Positions 47,990 to 60,699 of a DNA stretch of 64,000 nucleotides are shown piece by piece; the stretch's first letter is position 1; each line of letters starts with the position of its first letter. The stretch covers positions 4,960,001 to 5,024,000 of the forward strand of contig JAYWIR010000008.1 of NCBI GenBank assembly GCA_036172245.1, read 5' to 3'. Under the pieces are notes generated by a model, which saw only the letters and a list, made by a program, of their open reading frames with translations, had not been told where the DNA came from and searched no databases. The stretch comes from Raillietiella orientalis (Eukaryota). The position numbers and the translations under genes were made by a program.

Positions 47990-49310
47990 GGTCTCAGCAT
48001 CTTTCTGCATCCACCGACCGTTTCTGGACATTGACCGGGGCTGCAGAGTCCGTGGGTTCCAGCTAACCCTTTGAAATGCATCCGAAGCTGTCGATAATCG
48101 GAAGACCCCTTGGACCTCTTGCGATGGAACCGAGCCTCCCAAACAAGAAATGAAAATTTCCTCCTAGCTGCTGAAGAAAAAACCCTTGAGATGGCTTCCC
48201 TGAACTGGAATGGACGCTTCTGAAGAGCGGCATCGGGCAACCCGTCAGAAAACGCCATTACCAGCCAGGAAGGCTGTGACTGACTACGCGCATGCCGACA
48301 GGTCAAAGGGATGTCTCGCGGCCCACCTAATTCATCTGAAGAAGCCGGCAGCTTTGTGATAAATGGTCACCTGAAACTTTGAACTTCTCCGGCCGTGCAA
48401 GAATCATCGCGGAACACTTTACGACCGGCGACGAAAGAGATCAGAGGCGTCGCCAGCGGATGGAGATTTAGGGAATCTCGTGTCAGCTGCAACCGAAGGA
48501 AGATGAAGCAGACCAAGTAGAGACCCAGGAGTGTCCGCTCGCGGTAAGAAGGCAAGCAGAACCAGAACGGCTGAGGCAAAGTGGGCGTTCGAAAAAACTG
48601 CCGGATTCGGAGAAACCACTCTCGATGCACACGGCAAAAAGAAAATCTCCCCCTCCCTATTCTGTGCATGATTCAGCGCAGCGCATTCCTCGCCACCAAA
48701 TGTTGAGATCAAGGACGGACCACGTCCTGGTTCTTTGTTTGCTTTTTTTAAAATCCTCGAAAAGGCTTCCCCGAAGGAAGGAACGAACTGGAGCGGAAGC
48801 CCCAGAGGGGGAGGTCCACTCCAAGACTCCATGAAGGATCCCCGAAGGGGAGGTCCACTTCATGACACAAACTGGAGGGATTCCTGCAAGTACCCCGGAG
48901 AGTCTACTTCCTCTTCCGGCCAGTCGACGGGGCCATCCGGTCCCCAGCGCACACAAGCGTCCCTCCAGCGCCACACCCGAAGCCTGCGAGACAACCAGCT
49001 TTCTGCGGGGGGAATCGCAACCCACGATGCATCCATCGCAGACGTCGATCCTTTGCGGGGTAGGCGAATTCGGTGACGCGAAGCTTGGCTGGTGCCGCGC
49101 ACGCGCAAGTCGCAGCCGCAAGTCCTGAGCTGGGCGGCATCCCGTATCAGCTCACCATTCGTACAGTGGTGGACACTACCAGTGGACCTGCACTTCGTGG
49201 ATCCATCCACGCAGCACGAACTCACCTTCCCCCACCTGTGCGGAAGGGGGCACAAAGGACGTCAGCACGCGTCTATCCAGGATTGCTGAAAGACGGGACG
49301 AGCTCCTTGT
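47990..49310 (-). mobile_element. LINE ORF2 C-terminal relic, interrupted by a SINE-like insertion
   Basis: SRLSAILD, RDAAQLR|TWSVLDL (split by the insertion), DHLSQSC and FLVWEAR. Confidence 0.55.
48730..49121 (-). mobile_element. Short copy of the tRNA-headed SINE-like element with TSD and A-rich tail
   Basis: Flanked by GTCCTG (48724-48729, 49122-49127); minus-strand tail AAAAAAAGCAAACAAAGAAC; empty target CCAGCGCCACACC at 48965-48977. Confidence 0.75.
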
Positions 49311-49499
49311 CCCTGGTGGCGCCGTTGCTGGGCGTCCCTGGTTGCAGGCGAAGCCTAAAGCATCGGGTAAGTTGCCGCAGGCACCCTCAAGAATCCAGCT
49401 ACTTCGTGAGGGAGAGCTGAAGACACGGGCAGAGAAGATGCTGGCAGAATGCTCCTTCTCGCATTTGTCTGTGCCTTCACTTCGCTCGTTTTGACGTGA

Positions 49500-50250
49500 T
49501 GGTAAACGAGAAAATGAGGATGAAGATCGAACTGGTTGGAGATGAACATCCAAACTATCTGGTCTCTGAGTGATGATCTCCTGATGTCTTCTCCATTCAT
49601 CCTCGGCTATCGCGTGCACGATTCTCTCAACTGTTACCTCCAGAGCATAGAATCGACTTCCAAACACCTTTCGTGTCGTTGTCTGGATTCTTCGCGGCTG
49701 ATGGCTTGGTATGCTTTGCTTAGGAATCGTTTGCGATTCTTCTTGAAGAAGTGATTTCAAGCTTTTCCTTGAGCACACTGCTCTCTCCTTCGGGAGCAAC
49801 ACTTATGTCCTCTCTTGTCTGCCACCCATAACATTCTTCTTTAATTAAAAGATCAGGGAGGCTGTTTCCGACCTCTCAACCAGGAAAGAACGAAGTGTTC
49901 TGAATGACAATCATAGTTGAAGGAGGAGTAACTAAGGAGTAACTAGGATCAGCCACGAAGCCAAAGCAAAGGAGGAACAGATGTCCCTGAGGATTGTCTC
50001 TGTGCTACCAAGCATTGACACTTCAAGCTTTTCAGAGACTCCATGCATTTGAAATTCAAATTTGATCTAAAGATGAGAGTGCCTTACAATCCTGAACAGC
50101 TAAGCAATGTTCCTGGTGCCCAACTTCACTAACGCACGAGGTGCTGCTGATGAAACTCTTTGAGGTCGCAGTTCGTTTCTTTGCCATCTTTCCTCCTCCA
50201 AAGCAGCAACCGGGACCGTCGACAAATATCACACAACACTGTTAGCACAG
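49500..50250 (-). mobile_element. hAT transposase relic (DUF659 to central region)
   Basis: KKRTA..VSEVGTRNIA (~EVG..NVVQ), TILRDI and FGSRFYAL..AIAEDEW. Confidence 0.45.
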
Positions 50251-50649
50251 TCTGTTGTAGTTTTAAACTTGTGGGCGAGGTTTTGCATTGGCTTTCCCTT
50301 TTCGTTCTTTAGAAAAGGGGTATCTATTTGTGAAGAAGACTTCACCATCCACCTGGGACTTTTCTGGGTGCTGCATGCGCGCAGTTTGATCTCTGCGGAT
50401 TTACAACACTTTCTATGCAATGAACGAACGCCGACGCACAGCAAACGCAGACCTAATCCACAAGCACGGAGTCTGAGGTCTTCTAAGACTTGATTTCTTC
50501 CTCTCTCTTAGGGCCTACTTCTATTCAAGCCAAATGGTGTCCTCTGTTTCATTTCTCGTTGTTTTGTTTGCTTTAACCTTAGGCAGAATCATCATATGCG
50601 CGGCTAGAAAACTGTCTCTTCTCGGCTGACCTCGACACTTTGAGTACTC

Positions 50650-51590
50650 CCGGGAGAGATCATTGGCGCTGGTGGATGGAAACGATCTGGTAGGGCACAC
50701 GAAGGCTTGCTGCTGACATTAAAACTTCGTTTGTCACACCACTTGCTCAGAAGGGCATTGAACAGCAGCACAATGAAGTCTCCTACGCGGGAAACTGTTT
50801 TCACCGAACCACTGGCGGAACTAATGGCCTTTTGTGCTTAAGACATGTGCACAAATGGTGCCAAGAAGAGAACAGTGTTTCTCTAAGAAATCGGTGCTGC
50901 TCCACCAGGGGTTCTTTTTCCGGTAATGGTTTGTTCCACCATTGCTGCAAACCATCATTTGGTTGAAGATACTCGTGAGCATTTATTCCCTGGATTAGTA
51001 TACTTAGCCAATGTTGATGATTGCTGTACAACGATCCTTAAGGATATGGTCATACGGCCACGTATGCCATGCAATTAGGATCATCCCTAAGCAACAAATT
51101 TCACGAAATTCTGCCAACGGCTTTCCGCTGATTCAACAACCTGCTGATTCTGCAGCGCTAAGAAATCCGATGCAGTCAAATTCCTCTCTCATTTTCCTGA
51201 AGTTCTCGAAAAATCTGCATCAAAATAAATCCAACTCCCAACCAGTACTAAAGCGACATGCTAGGAAAAGCAAAGTTGGATGACACACTATGATGCATCC
51301 GCATGGACAGATGGGTGGCGCGTTCTGAAATCCATGCTTTCAAACAAACCCGAAAGATAATGAATGCCGTTGTCCACGAACATAAAATCGTTGTTTCACA
51401 GCACTCTGAGATGTAATCAGTTTGCTTCGCTGCAGTAATCGCATATCTTGCCCGCTTCCTTTACCTGTGATAACGCTGTGTTCGCCCTTCTGTGAGGATA
51501 TCGATAACTTATTCGAAACTCTACAGTTGTAAATCAAAACAGAAGAGATAACGCCGTTCTCCATGAATTTTCCTTTCAATTTGACACGCA
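50650..51590 (-). mobile_element. hAT transposase relic (C-terminal half)
   Basis: ESRWQNF..LHG..AKYTNP, QQWWN and HVLS..SSASG/GENSF (~LS..SASGCERN.S). Confidence 0.45.
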
Positions 51591-53099
51591 TTTTTCACTC
51601 CTCTTTCTAAGCCTTTAAGGACCGTACCTGTAAGCTGCCACCGCGCATCTGCTTGGGATGTGTAAACAAAAACTTTTAGGGTTTACGAAAAAGAGTTGGA
51701 AGGGTTCGCTGAGATGGGTGTTACCCGGTACATGCATTGGAATGAAAGCGGAGGCTGCAAGAGCAGCAAGCATTTTTTTTTTTTTTGTTGCTGTTTTGTT
51801 CTGTAGGGACGGGCAAACTCCGAGTATTCGGAAAACAGGTCTTCACCATTGAAGATTAGCTGCAAATGGGAGGAGAAAAGATTACGTTGGTGTGTGGCTG
51901 CGAATGACTATGAACTGAAACGTAAGAATTAACTCCAGGAATGTGAATCTGAGCGTGAATGTACTGCAAACATGCCTTCTGTGCATATGGATACATCATT
52001 TCAAAATCGTAGTGGCGGTGTTTAGAAATGATGAAACTGAAAGTGGCGAAGGAAGAAAAAAAAATGCCTTCCCCGACGGACGGAAACAAAATATCCTGCA
52101 GATGAGTCAAAATGTTGAGAGGAGGAGGGGGAGGGGGGCGGTGGAGAACCACAAAAAGTCTTCTCCGACCATCCTTGTCAGCATGGGATGAGTGCAGATG
52201 AACTCGAATGCGTATCTCAAGAGCATTAAAGGTTTCAATTAACACTTTACGCTTTCTTTCGCTATCTGAGTCTGTTTTAAATTGAAGAGGTGTCGCACCT
52301 GTCGGCAATACTCACGGGATTGCTTTTCTCGCCTCTGCATCAGGTTTTTTGATTTTTTTTTTTTGCTGTTGTTCCTCCCCCCCCTTCCCTCCCCCCGATT
52401 TAAAAGCTGGCGATGCCTTGTACGTAAATGCCTTTTACATTTCTTGCCGCTTCTTTCTTTATCTAACAAAATATGTGTTAATTTATTTATTGGAAACTTT
52501 GAACTGAAAGTGATTTATCCAACAGGAAAGTGAAACACTGTTCGAACCCCCCCCCCCCCCCCCAAAAAAAAAAAAAAAAAACATTAAAATTATAAGTACC
52601 TAGTCACGAAAGGAAATGGCGCTGCCAACACAAAAAATTCCGAACACAAAAGCATCATTTCCGAATCGGAAAGAAAATTGAAACTGTAGAGAGATTGCGA
52701 AAAAGGAACGAAGGGAGAATTCATTTGTTTTTGTTTTTCCCCTGCGCGACTTTGCACTACATTTTCCTGAATGCAGTTTACTGCTTGATCCACTGAAGTG
52801 GACCAAAGAGTGGTCCTCCCCGTGACGCGTCGAGAGAAGCGCGGAGGCTGGACGGGAAAAATTAAGAGATCGTAAACTGAAATCCTTCGGACTGCGAAAT
52901 GCCCACCGTTGAAAACGCAAGAGATTAATGCATCAGCACGCAGGATCTAAAAGGGATAACTTTTAAAGGCAAGGGGAAGGGAAAGATGTCTTCAAGGGTA
53001 TCAATTCATATATTTTTATATGTTTGGGCTCGAGTGGCTCCCGTATTTTTTTTTTTGCTGCGATGCGTTCCTCTCCGCGAGCAACGGACAGAACCCAAG

Positions 53100-53550
53100 G
53101 GAGAATGAAATTTCATCATTAAAGCAATGCGATGGAAAAAACGGAGTCATACAAAATACGAGTCCGCCCGCATAAAGTGAAGTCATCCAAACACGCACGC
53201 ACCACGCACACGCAAAAACCTTGCCTGCTGCGGATGCTGTTCTTTCGAATTCGGTGGATCCTGCCGTTCTGCACAAAAGTTTTCTTTCCAGGCACCCACC
53301 CAGGCCTGCAGAGGTCCAGAACCGCCGGATGTGCGACGAAATCCGTGAACTCCAAAAATGCAAGCCCGCCATCTTGGGACACGGAGAGATTCGAACGGTA
53401 GGCCTGCTTCCAAGATGGAGCCTGCATTGTTGCCTGCATTTCCCGCTTCCTGCCTGGCTTGGCGTTTCGCCTTCCAAAATGGCTTCCCAGGATAGATGCA
53501 GCGTCCGAGACGGTTTGCATCCGATTTTCTGCCCGGCGATTTATTAATCG
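53100..53550 (-). mobile_element. hAT transposase relic (region preceding DUF659)
   Basis: ILEAGLPFESLRVPRWR (~FY..G+PF..++.P.+), then LERKLL and CLDDFT (~DGWT). Confidence 0.4.
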
Positions 53551-56500
53551 CGCGGATTCCTTGTGGTTTGGCTCGCTTTGAGGAGCGAAGATGGGGATCG
53601 AGCGTTACGAGATCTCGGACGAGCTCTTCCTCGGTGTTCTCCGTGCTCTTCGATTCCCTTATCTGGAGTAAACAAGCAAGGTCTGGTTTCGCCTTCCGTA
53701 CTTTCTTTCCGGACAGCACGATAAACACGAAAGAACTTTTTCATGTCTCCCGGCGGAGAGCTTCCTCCTGCAGAAACGATGCCACGAGGCAACTCGGGCC
53801 TCAAATCCAAATAAATTCTGCGAGCAGAGACACCTCTCCGCTCATCTATAATTAACCTTTCAGCTTAGAGGAGTCTCGTACGGAAGAAGAAAAATCGCTT
53901 AGATGAAAGTCGAGCCACTCGAAAGCGACGAGGGAAAATACTCCGCGACGAGGAACCCCCCCCCCCCCCCCCCTTCCTACCCATTCAAGACACTTATTCC
54001 AACCGCCTTCCAAGCTCCGACCACGTTCCTTTATTCCAAGACTGTTAAAAAAAAAAAAAAAGGAGCGCTGCGAGCAGACAGACCCCTATCCCAGGCCGAG
54101 ATCAAATCAACACACTCAAGTCGAAACAACGTCAAACAGGAAGAACCATCACGAGTGGTCGATGGTTGTCTTCGCCTGATTGCCGAGACGACAAGAACTG
54201 GGAGGTTCACCGTGCAGGGGAGGGCCTGGTCGTCTTGATGCGCGGCGCGGCGGTGCGAGACCGCGCTCCCCGGGGATTCGCCGCCCCCCCCAAACTATGC
54301 TGCAGCCTACCCCTTTTGGAGAAGGGGGCGCTGAACGGAGAGGTGCAGACTTTGCTTTCCAGCTCGGCTGCAGAAAAGAACTGTCGCTTCGTGCGCTCCC
54401 GCTTTCGCGGTGTGTGCCTCAGGGACCTTTCAGTCCTGGGGCAGGAGGCGCGTAACGATGGGCTAGTGCTGGACAACGAGAGCCGTTAATTGCTGTCCTT
54501 TGTCGATTCCGTGTAATGATCTCACGGGTAGGGGGAGGGGGATGAGGGGGAGGGAAAGGAAAAAAAAAAAAAACAGCATCTGTCCATTAGGGTCGCCTGC
54601 AGGAAGGGGATGAAGGCGACCCAAGCCAGTGGCAGGGCTTGCGCCGAGAAGGCACCCTTTCCCACGTCGGTCTTTCGGAGCGGAAGATAAAAGGCCCACG
54701 ACCTGTCTCTGATAGAGAACCTGAGTGTTCTTCCGAGCTCCGGCAGCAACCTCCGGCAGTTGCTGTTCAAGGAAAGTAGCATCAGTATACTTGTTCCCTT
54801 ATCAACCTAGTTACCGCCCCAAACTCCCTGTTGTCTTCCTAAAAAGATGGGAAGAGGGAGGAGAGCTGGCGGAAAAGGCGAGTTTTTCCTCTCGGTGAGG
54901 GGGAGCGAACGCCAACAAACCGTGGCGAAGGATCGCCCGCGTGCCGTCTCTCCGACGTCCGGGACGGAGTGCTGGCGGCTGGGTGCCTCAGGAGAGCAAG
55001 GTAGCGCGGGTTCCTTGGGAGGAAGGGAGGAAAGGTGGGAAGAAGAAGAGGAAGCAATCTTCTCCTGTACCTCCCCCCCTCACCGCTTTTCGGACACGGT
55101 CTCTCTGGCTGCTGCCGGAGAGGGACCCATCCCCAGCATCGAGCGAGAGCTTCCACTCCGTTCCGCTGGAGGCGCTACCGAGCTCGTGCCGGTCTGGCCT
55201 GCGCGCGCACGCGCTGATTTACAGCCGTGTCGCTGACGACGGCTCGTTGAAACGCGACACTTTCTGCACGGCCGTTTCGGGAAGGCGTCCTGGGCGGAAG
55301 AGCCCCCAGCATCTGCCGTGCGGATCAACCCCGGAGGTTTCGGGAAAAAGCACTCCCCCAAATTTGTCTGCAAGTGCTGTCTGTTTGAGCGTCGGAATCG
55401 GTCACGCGTTAATATATGACCCTTTTTTTTTTTTTTCAAAGCAAAAAAAAAAAAAAAGGAGGAAGTAAAACTTTCTGATTCGAGCACGGAAATCCCCGAG
55501 ATCTCTCTGACCTCTCCGTTATCGCCATAACGACGCAGCAGTAGCAGCGGACGGCGTTTTTTGGCGAGTATCTCGCAAGATGGCGCCGTCACCCCGCGCG
55601 CGTCGCCGCAGGACGTGACGATGCGGTTGTCCGCGAAACTGAAGGGAGGGGGACGCGTTCGTTCCTTCTGGTAGTCGCCTCCTCCCAGCCTCTGCGCGAG
55701 CGCGCCCTCTTTTTCGGGAAAAGGGGGGAGAGGGGGGGAACAGGGAAAAACGCTCGACGGGAAAGTGGAAGGGGGGGGGAGGAAACGGCGTTTCCCCCCT
55801 CGAACTCCCTCGCCCCGGGAACGCTTCCCGTTCTCCCCAGAAACTTCGAAAGGCCTTTGGCGCGGGAAACCTCGGTCGGTCCCCACCACCCTATCGACGA
55901 AAGCCCCGTCGCTTCGAAGGGAAGGGAATCAATATAAGCCATCTGCACCCTCTCGGGACCGAACGGCCGCAGGCGTCGGGGAGGATGGGGGGGAAGAAAA
56001 AAAAGGCGCTCCTGCCGCCCCACGACTATTGCCATTCCCGCGGAATGGCTGGCTGGATGCCCTTCGCTGTCGCACGCTGGTGGGAGCCGAGGAGTCCGCC
56101 GGAGGGGCGAACGGGCGGGAGGGGGCGCTTCCGGGTGGTGATCGGGTGCGCAGCCATGGCCGCGGTCGTGTTGCGGAGGAGTTCCCCGCCGTCACTTCAG
56201 TACCGTCGCAGGGAGCGCAGCCCGGGGATGCGCAATGCCAATCATAAAAAACCATCACGGCGAGAGGCTGCCGCGACGCGCGCCATTTTGTTTTTGTTTT
56301 TTTTTTTTTTGCTTTCGGGTGCGCACGCGCTTTCTGGTTTCAGGGAATCCATGGAGAAGGAGGAGGAGGAGACGGAAGACCTTTCCTCCCCCTGCTTCAA
56401 GAGGGCGCTCCTGCTGCCAGGGAGACGTTGCTGGGAGACCGCAGGAAGAGCTCGACCGGCGAATAAGGGTTTTTTTCGCACCCGAACCCTGGAGGCGGCC

Positions 56501-56599
56501 ACCGCAGATTTCCACGGGCGCTTTCCCAGGAAAGGAGGAAGGCGAGGTCCCGGAGACTAAGATCTCTGCGGGGTTCTCCGATATTCTCGTCTCCCGACT

Positions 56600-56662
56600 C
56601 CACGGCCAGAGCTGGGCACGGGACGATGCGCTCACCCCTGGAGTGTGGGTTCGAACCCCGTG
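56600..56662 (+). pseudogene. Degenerate tRNA-Leu-like sequence
   Basis: ACGGCCAGAGCTGG (A-box-like) then TGCGCTCA CCCCTGGAGTGTGGGTTCGAACCCC, resembling the eukaryotic tRNA-Leu variable arm and T arm; no complete cloverleaf. Confidence 0.5.
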
Positions 56663-56751
56663 GCCCCGGATAGCTCGGCGCGCGCGACCCCCAGATCGGA
56701 GGACCACATTTGGCGCTCGGCCCCGGGGCAACCGTGGAAGCGCGCTGCGGA

Positions 56752-56800
56752 CATGGGATTAGAACCCGCACTCCGAAGGTCAAACTGCGGCCTCCCGTGA
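56752..56800 (-). pseudogene. Degenerate tRNA-Leu-like 3' half, convergent with the previous feature
   Basis: Minus strand GGCCGCAGTTTGACCTTCGGAGTGCGGGTTCTAATCCCATG; 19/23 match to 56640-56662. Confidence 0.45.
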
Positions 56801-58149
56801 GGGTCCGCGGTAAACGCGTGAAGGCCGTGCAGCGGAGCTGCCGCCGGGAGTCGTGGCTTCGCTTGCCCAACTGCAACCCGTCCCTGGATAAACGACACCA
56901 CCGTCGCCCTCCCGGTGGGAACGGGGCCCTGCGTGCGCTCGTCAGCAGGGAGAGAAGAGAGAAAGGGAGGAAGGAGAGAGACGAAAGGACGAAGGACACG
57001 AACGAACCCTTGCACGGTCCCTGGTTCGTCCGTGAGATTCACGGGGATCTACGTTCCCCCCGTTCCTTCTCGTCGGTCCCAGCGCCCCCTCCGGCTCCAT
57101 CGGCGGGAAAGCTTCGCTGCTTCCGTTGCTGGGGAACGCGGGCGACAGGCCGTCGCAGCCTGGCACTCGTCGCAGGCTGCTCGCTCCGTAGCCCCCGCTC
57201 GGCGATCGGCAGCAGCATCTGCGGATCGCAAAGCCTTTTAATCCTGGACGCAACCCTTGCAAGACGCCCTGCGGGGTCTTTCGCTCGTCTCCTCCGCCGC
57301 CTTCCGAAACCGGGAGCGAGGAGAGGGGTGGACGTATTCCCGCGAGCACGGGAAGACGCTGGGGGCGAAACCTCTTGGGCCGCCGCTGCCGCGAAAGAGT
57401 AGGAACAGCCCAGAGAAAGCGAGAGCTCCTGTTCGTTTCAGCGGGCTGGCGGCGAAGGTCCGCGTGGCGAAGGACACTTTCACTTTCCCCGCCAAGGAGC
57501 GGAGGAGGGGGGAAACGCGGCCTCCGCGTCTTCCGGTCGCCGCGAAAACCCGAGGGTGTGGTTCGGGAACGAGGAACCGGAGTGAGCGTACGACGCCTCT
57601 TCGTCTTGGCGGCGCGCTGGCGGGGGCGGCGGCAGCGTGTGCCCCCGCTGGGAGGGCTCCACTGGCAGGCAGGTCGAAGGAAAGGTGGCCCTCGGGAAAA
57701 CGGGAGATGGGGGAGCACGAAGACCATGTCGGCCGGGCGGCCTCCTCGGTCCGGCGAGGGCTCTTTCCGAAAGGTGGATCACACCGAGGTCGTGGCACGG
57801 GAGGCGACCGGCGACCCGTGTTCCGAGACGGAACGCCCGGCTCCGAACGATGCTTTCTGGGAAAAGAGCATCAGATGATTTCGGGGGGAAGGAAGGAGGG
57901 GGGGGGGACGTCCAATACCGTCTCTCAGCGCCATTCCTCTCGGCCATAGAACCATGGAACGGAAAGCATTCTAACCCTTTTTCAGAAGTTAAGCAGCGTT
58001 TCGGTCTGCCCTCACACCAGATGGAGTGCAAGCATTTTTTTTTATTTTTTTCAAAAGAGAGAAACTGCCATTCATTTTTCGTTTTGGGATCTTTCCATTT
58101 ACGAGCAGTGCTCCCTCTGTTTTTTCTTTTCTTTTTTGTATCTATTTTT

Positions 58150-58760
58150 CACATGCACGTAGTGATCCCAAAGCAAATTCCATCCTGAAGGTTGGATTCT
58201 GGGAATTAATTGCATGGATTCTTGGAGCTGAGAATTCTCCGAGGAAGATCAGGCGTTTAATTATCCGCATAAACTGTTTTGCCAAAGCAGGAAAAGGAAA
58301 TGGAAATATGCAAATCGTCAGCAATCTTGGGAACCATCGCAACGGAAGCGTAATTGGACAGTTTATTTTTGCGTCGGTTTTAAAATTCTCAATGCTTTTC
58401 CAGCTCACGACCGCACATCGGAGATGTCAATCATGACCTTTAAGATGTAGCTAATCGCAATCGCGAAAGATTTCCAGTATTTATGAAAGTATCTGAGGAA
58501 TTTCCATCACGGGATGAGGATTCGACAGGGATGGAAAACTCCTCGGAACAGGGCGCGGGTTTCATTCAGTCGGAGCAAAACATCCCCGAAGGACGTCACG
58601 CGAGCGCTGAAATTCCGCGCGATCGGTAGCCTGAAACGATTCCTGTTCCAGGGAAACCAAATAAAGACGGCTCATTGGGTTGAGAGTGTGTTCCTCGCTT
58701 GTATGAAGTGGTTCCTTCCGACGAAATACGACTCTGGGGTACCCACGGGGAGGCAAGGCT
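58150..58760 (+). mobile_element. hAT transposase relics
   Basis: SILKVGFWELIAWILGAENSPRKIRRL (~+L...FW..+..+L...P+.K+LR), and later KHPR..IKTAHWVESV. Confidence 0.4.
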
Positions 58761-59473
58761 AGGATGGGGGGAGCCGCTCGTCCCTTTAGCAAGCAACCTC
58801 GGAAGAATGAAAAATTCCAAGGGCGAGAGGCAAAGCAGGGAAGGACGTCATCAAGCAAGAGAAGCTGCTGGCCAACACGCGCGCGTTTTGTCCTTTTGGT
58901 GCGGCGGCGTAGCCGCAGCAGCCGCTGAAAACCGGAGTGGCTCTTGGCAGAGAGGATTGAGGATTGAAGCTCTTCAAGATGAAGGCAAATCGCTCCCGGT
59001 GGAATCCTAGGAAGGAAATAGAATATTCGAGATTTCACGAGCGGCTTTCTCCGGATTCCGAAAGGTGCGCTTCCCTTTTGTTTCGTTTTGTTTTTTTTAC
59101 TGATTTTTGTTTTTGTTTTTTGGCCGACTGAAGCAGCTTGAAAATCATCGCTGCCAACAACAAACCCGGGGGACGCACCTGCCGACGACTTGCGCTACTG
59201 TGGATCTGTCGGGTCCGGCCTTGAGTCTGCTTCCCTCTTCCCCCTCTCGAGCAACCGAGTGATCCCTGCTTTCGGCGGAGTTCCTTCTTCCCGGTTCGTC
59301 TCCCTCCGGGCTACCGGTTCAGCTCCATTCCGTTCTTCCTTGCGCTGTTTTCAGCTGTCATCCTCTGCGGCCCGGGGACGTATGGGAGGGCGGGAAGCTC
59401 CTGCCTTCTCATCCGTAAAGTTGAAGGTTGAAGGCGTTGAGATGCAGTGAAAGAAGATAGGGATCTTTGGATA

Positions 59474-59497
59474 GGGACTTTGGGATCCCAAAGTCCC
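59474..59497. repeat. Perfect 24-bp palindrome
   Basis: GGGACTTTGGGA|TCCCAAAGTCCC. Confidence 0.95.
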
Positions 59498-60099
59498 AGA
59501 GTTGAATGAGAAGTGCACCTGAGCAACCCCTTCTGAGGCATCTGCATCCGGTTCTCCGCCTCGGTTGGCCCCAACGCTAGCCTCCTATTTCCGCTTGGTC
59601 CCCGTCTCTCTTGAAGGACCTACCGACGCTCCGCGAGCGAGCAGCAAAGCGTCTTTCCCCCAGAACTCCCACGGGAACGCGCCCACCTCCATGGCCGCCG
59701 GCAGTGGAAAGTCCGCCGCGTTCCATTCTTCCTGTTGCCTCCCGCCTGCTTGCTCGGCACGCGCTCCGGACTCTCCCCCGCTCGCATCAGCAGCAGCATG
59801 ACCCGCGACCAGCGGGATCTGCTAGGTAGCAGGCAGAAGCCGCAAGGTTCCAGGGAACCTTGGGCTAGGGTTCCCGATACCTGCAGCGGTAGGAACTCTG
59901 GTACCAGGGATGAAGCGCGCGACTCCTGGTGCGCGCCCGAGGAAACCAAGCAGTCGTCCAGCGTCTGAGCCCTACTCGAACAACCCGCTTCCGTGCGGGC
60001 TTTTTGAATTTGTGCAGCTGAGGCTCCTGGGACATCTGAAGAAGCCCTTCTACTAGCTGTATAAAGGGAAGGGAACGGGATGACTCGAAACACTGCCCT

Positions 60100-60650
60100 G
60101 GGCAGTGGAAGCGCTTCCAATCCTCTGGAACGAGGAAAGTGGGACGGGGAGACAAATAGCGGACCAGAAGGGCATCCTCCTCCCTCCCCCTACTCTCATA
60201 GAGAGTTCCATAGTCTTTTTCTTTGTCCGAGATGATAGAGAGGAAGGGTCTTCATTGGACAGAGAAGGCGGCTGATCAGTTTTCCAGGACTCCGTTAAGC
60301 TTCCTTTCATTGGAACCGGAAGACCCCCCTTTTGAAGTCCCTCCCCTCCGTTCCCTCTCCGAGAGACAAGGGGAACTGGTGATCAGGAAGTAGGGGAGAT
60401 TCCATCACTGCTGACAGAGGTTCCTTTCGTCTGCTCCTAGGGCAGAGCGCCTCTCCTCTTTGTTGTCTTCAGAAGCTCCCGGTGTCCGTCTCTCTCCATC
60501 CCTCTGTACCATTTCTTCAGGACACCTTCTGCGTGTTCCGGAGGGCCTTACGCGATGAAATCCTCCCAGTTTCATGCTAGGATTTCCCAGAAAGAAATGG
60601 GTTAGCAAGGAATCGGGTGACCCAGAGTAGTTGTGCCTTCAAGGACAAGG
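60100..60650. mobile_element. Diverged subrepeat-body fragments of the SINE-like element, probably in both orientations
   Basis: GAGTTCCATAGT (~CAGCTCCATGGT) and CCTTC/GAAGG-rich units. Confidence 0.4.
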
Positions 60651-60699
60651 GAAGACCCCCGGGCCAAAGATGGCGGCGTGGAACTCAACATCGGTCTTG

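Noticed and set aside
52546..52581. C run abutting an A run, and other homopolymers, as a signal
   Set aside because: Such runs are common throughout the window; slippage or sequencing explains them.
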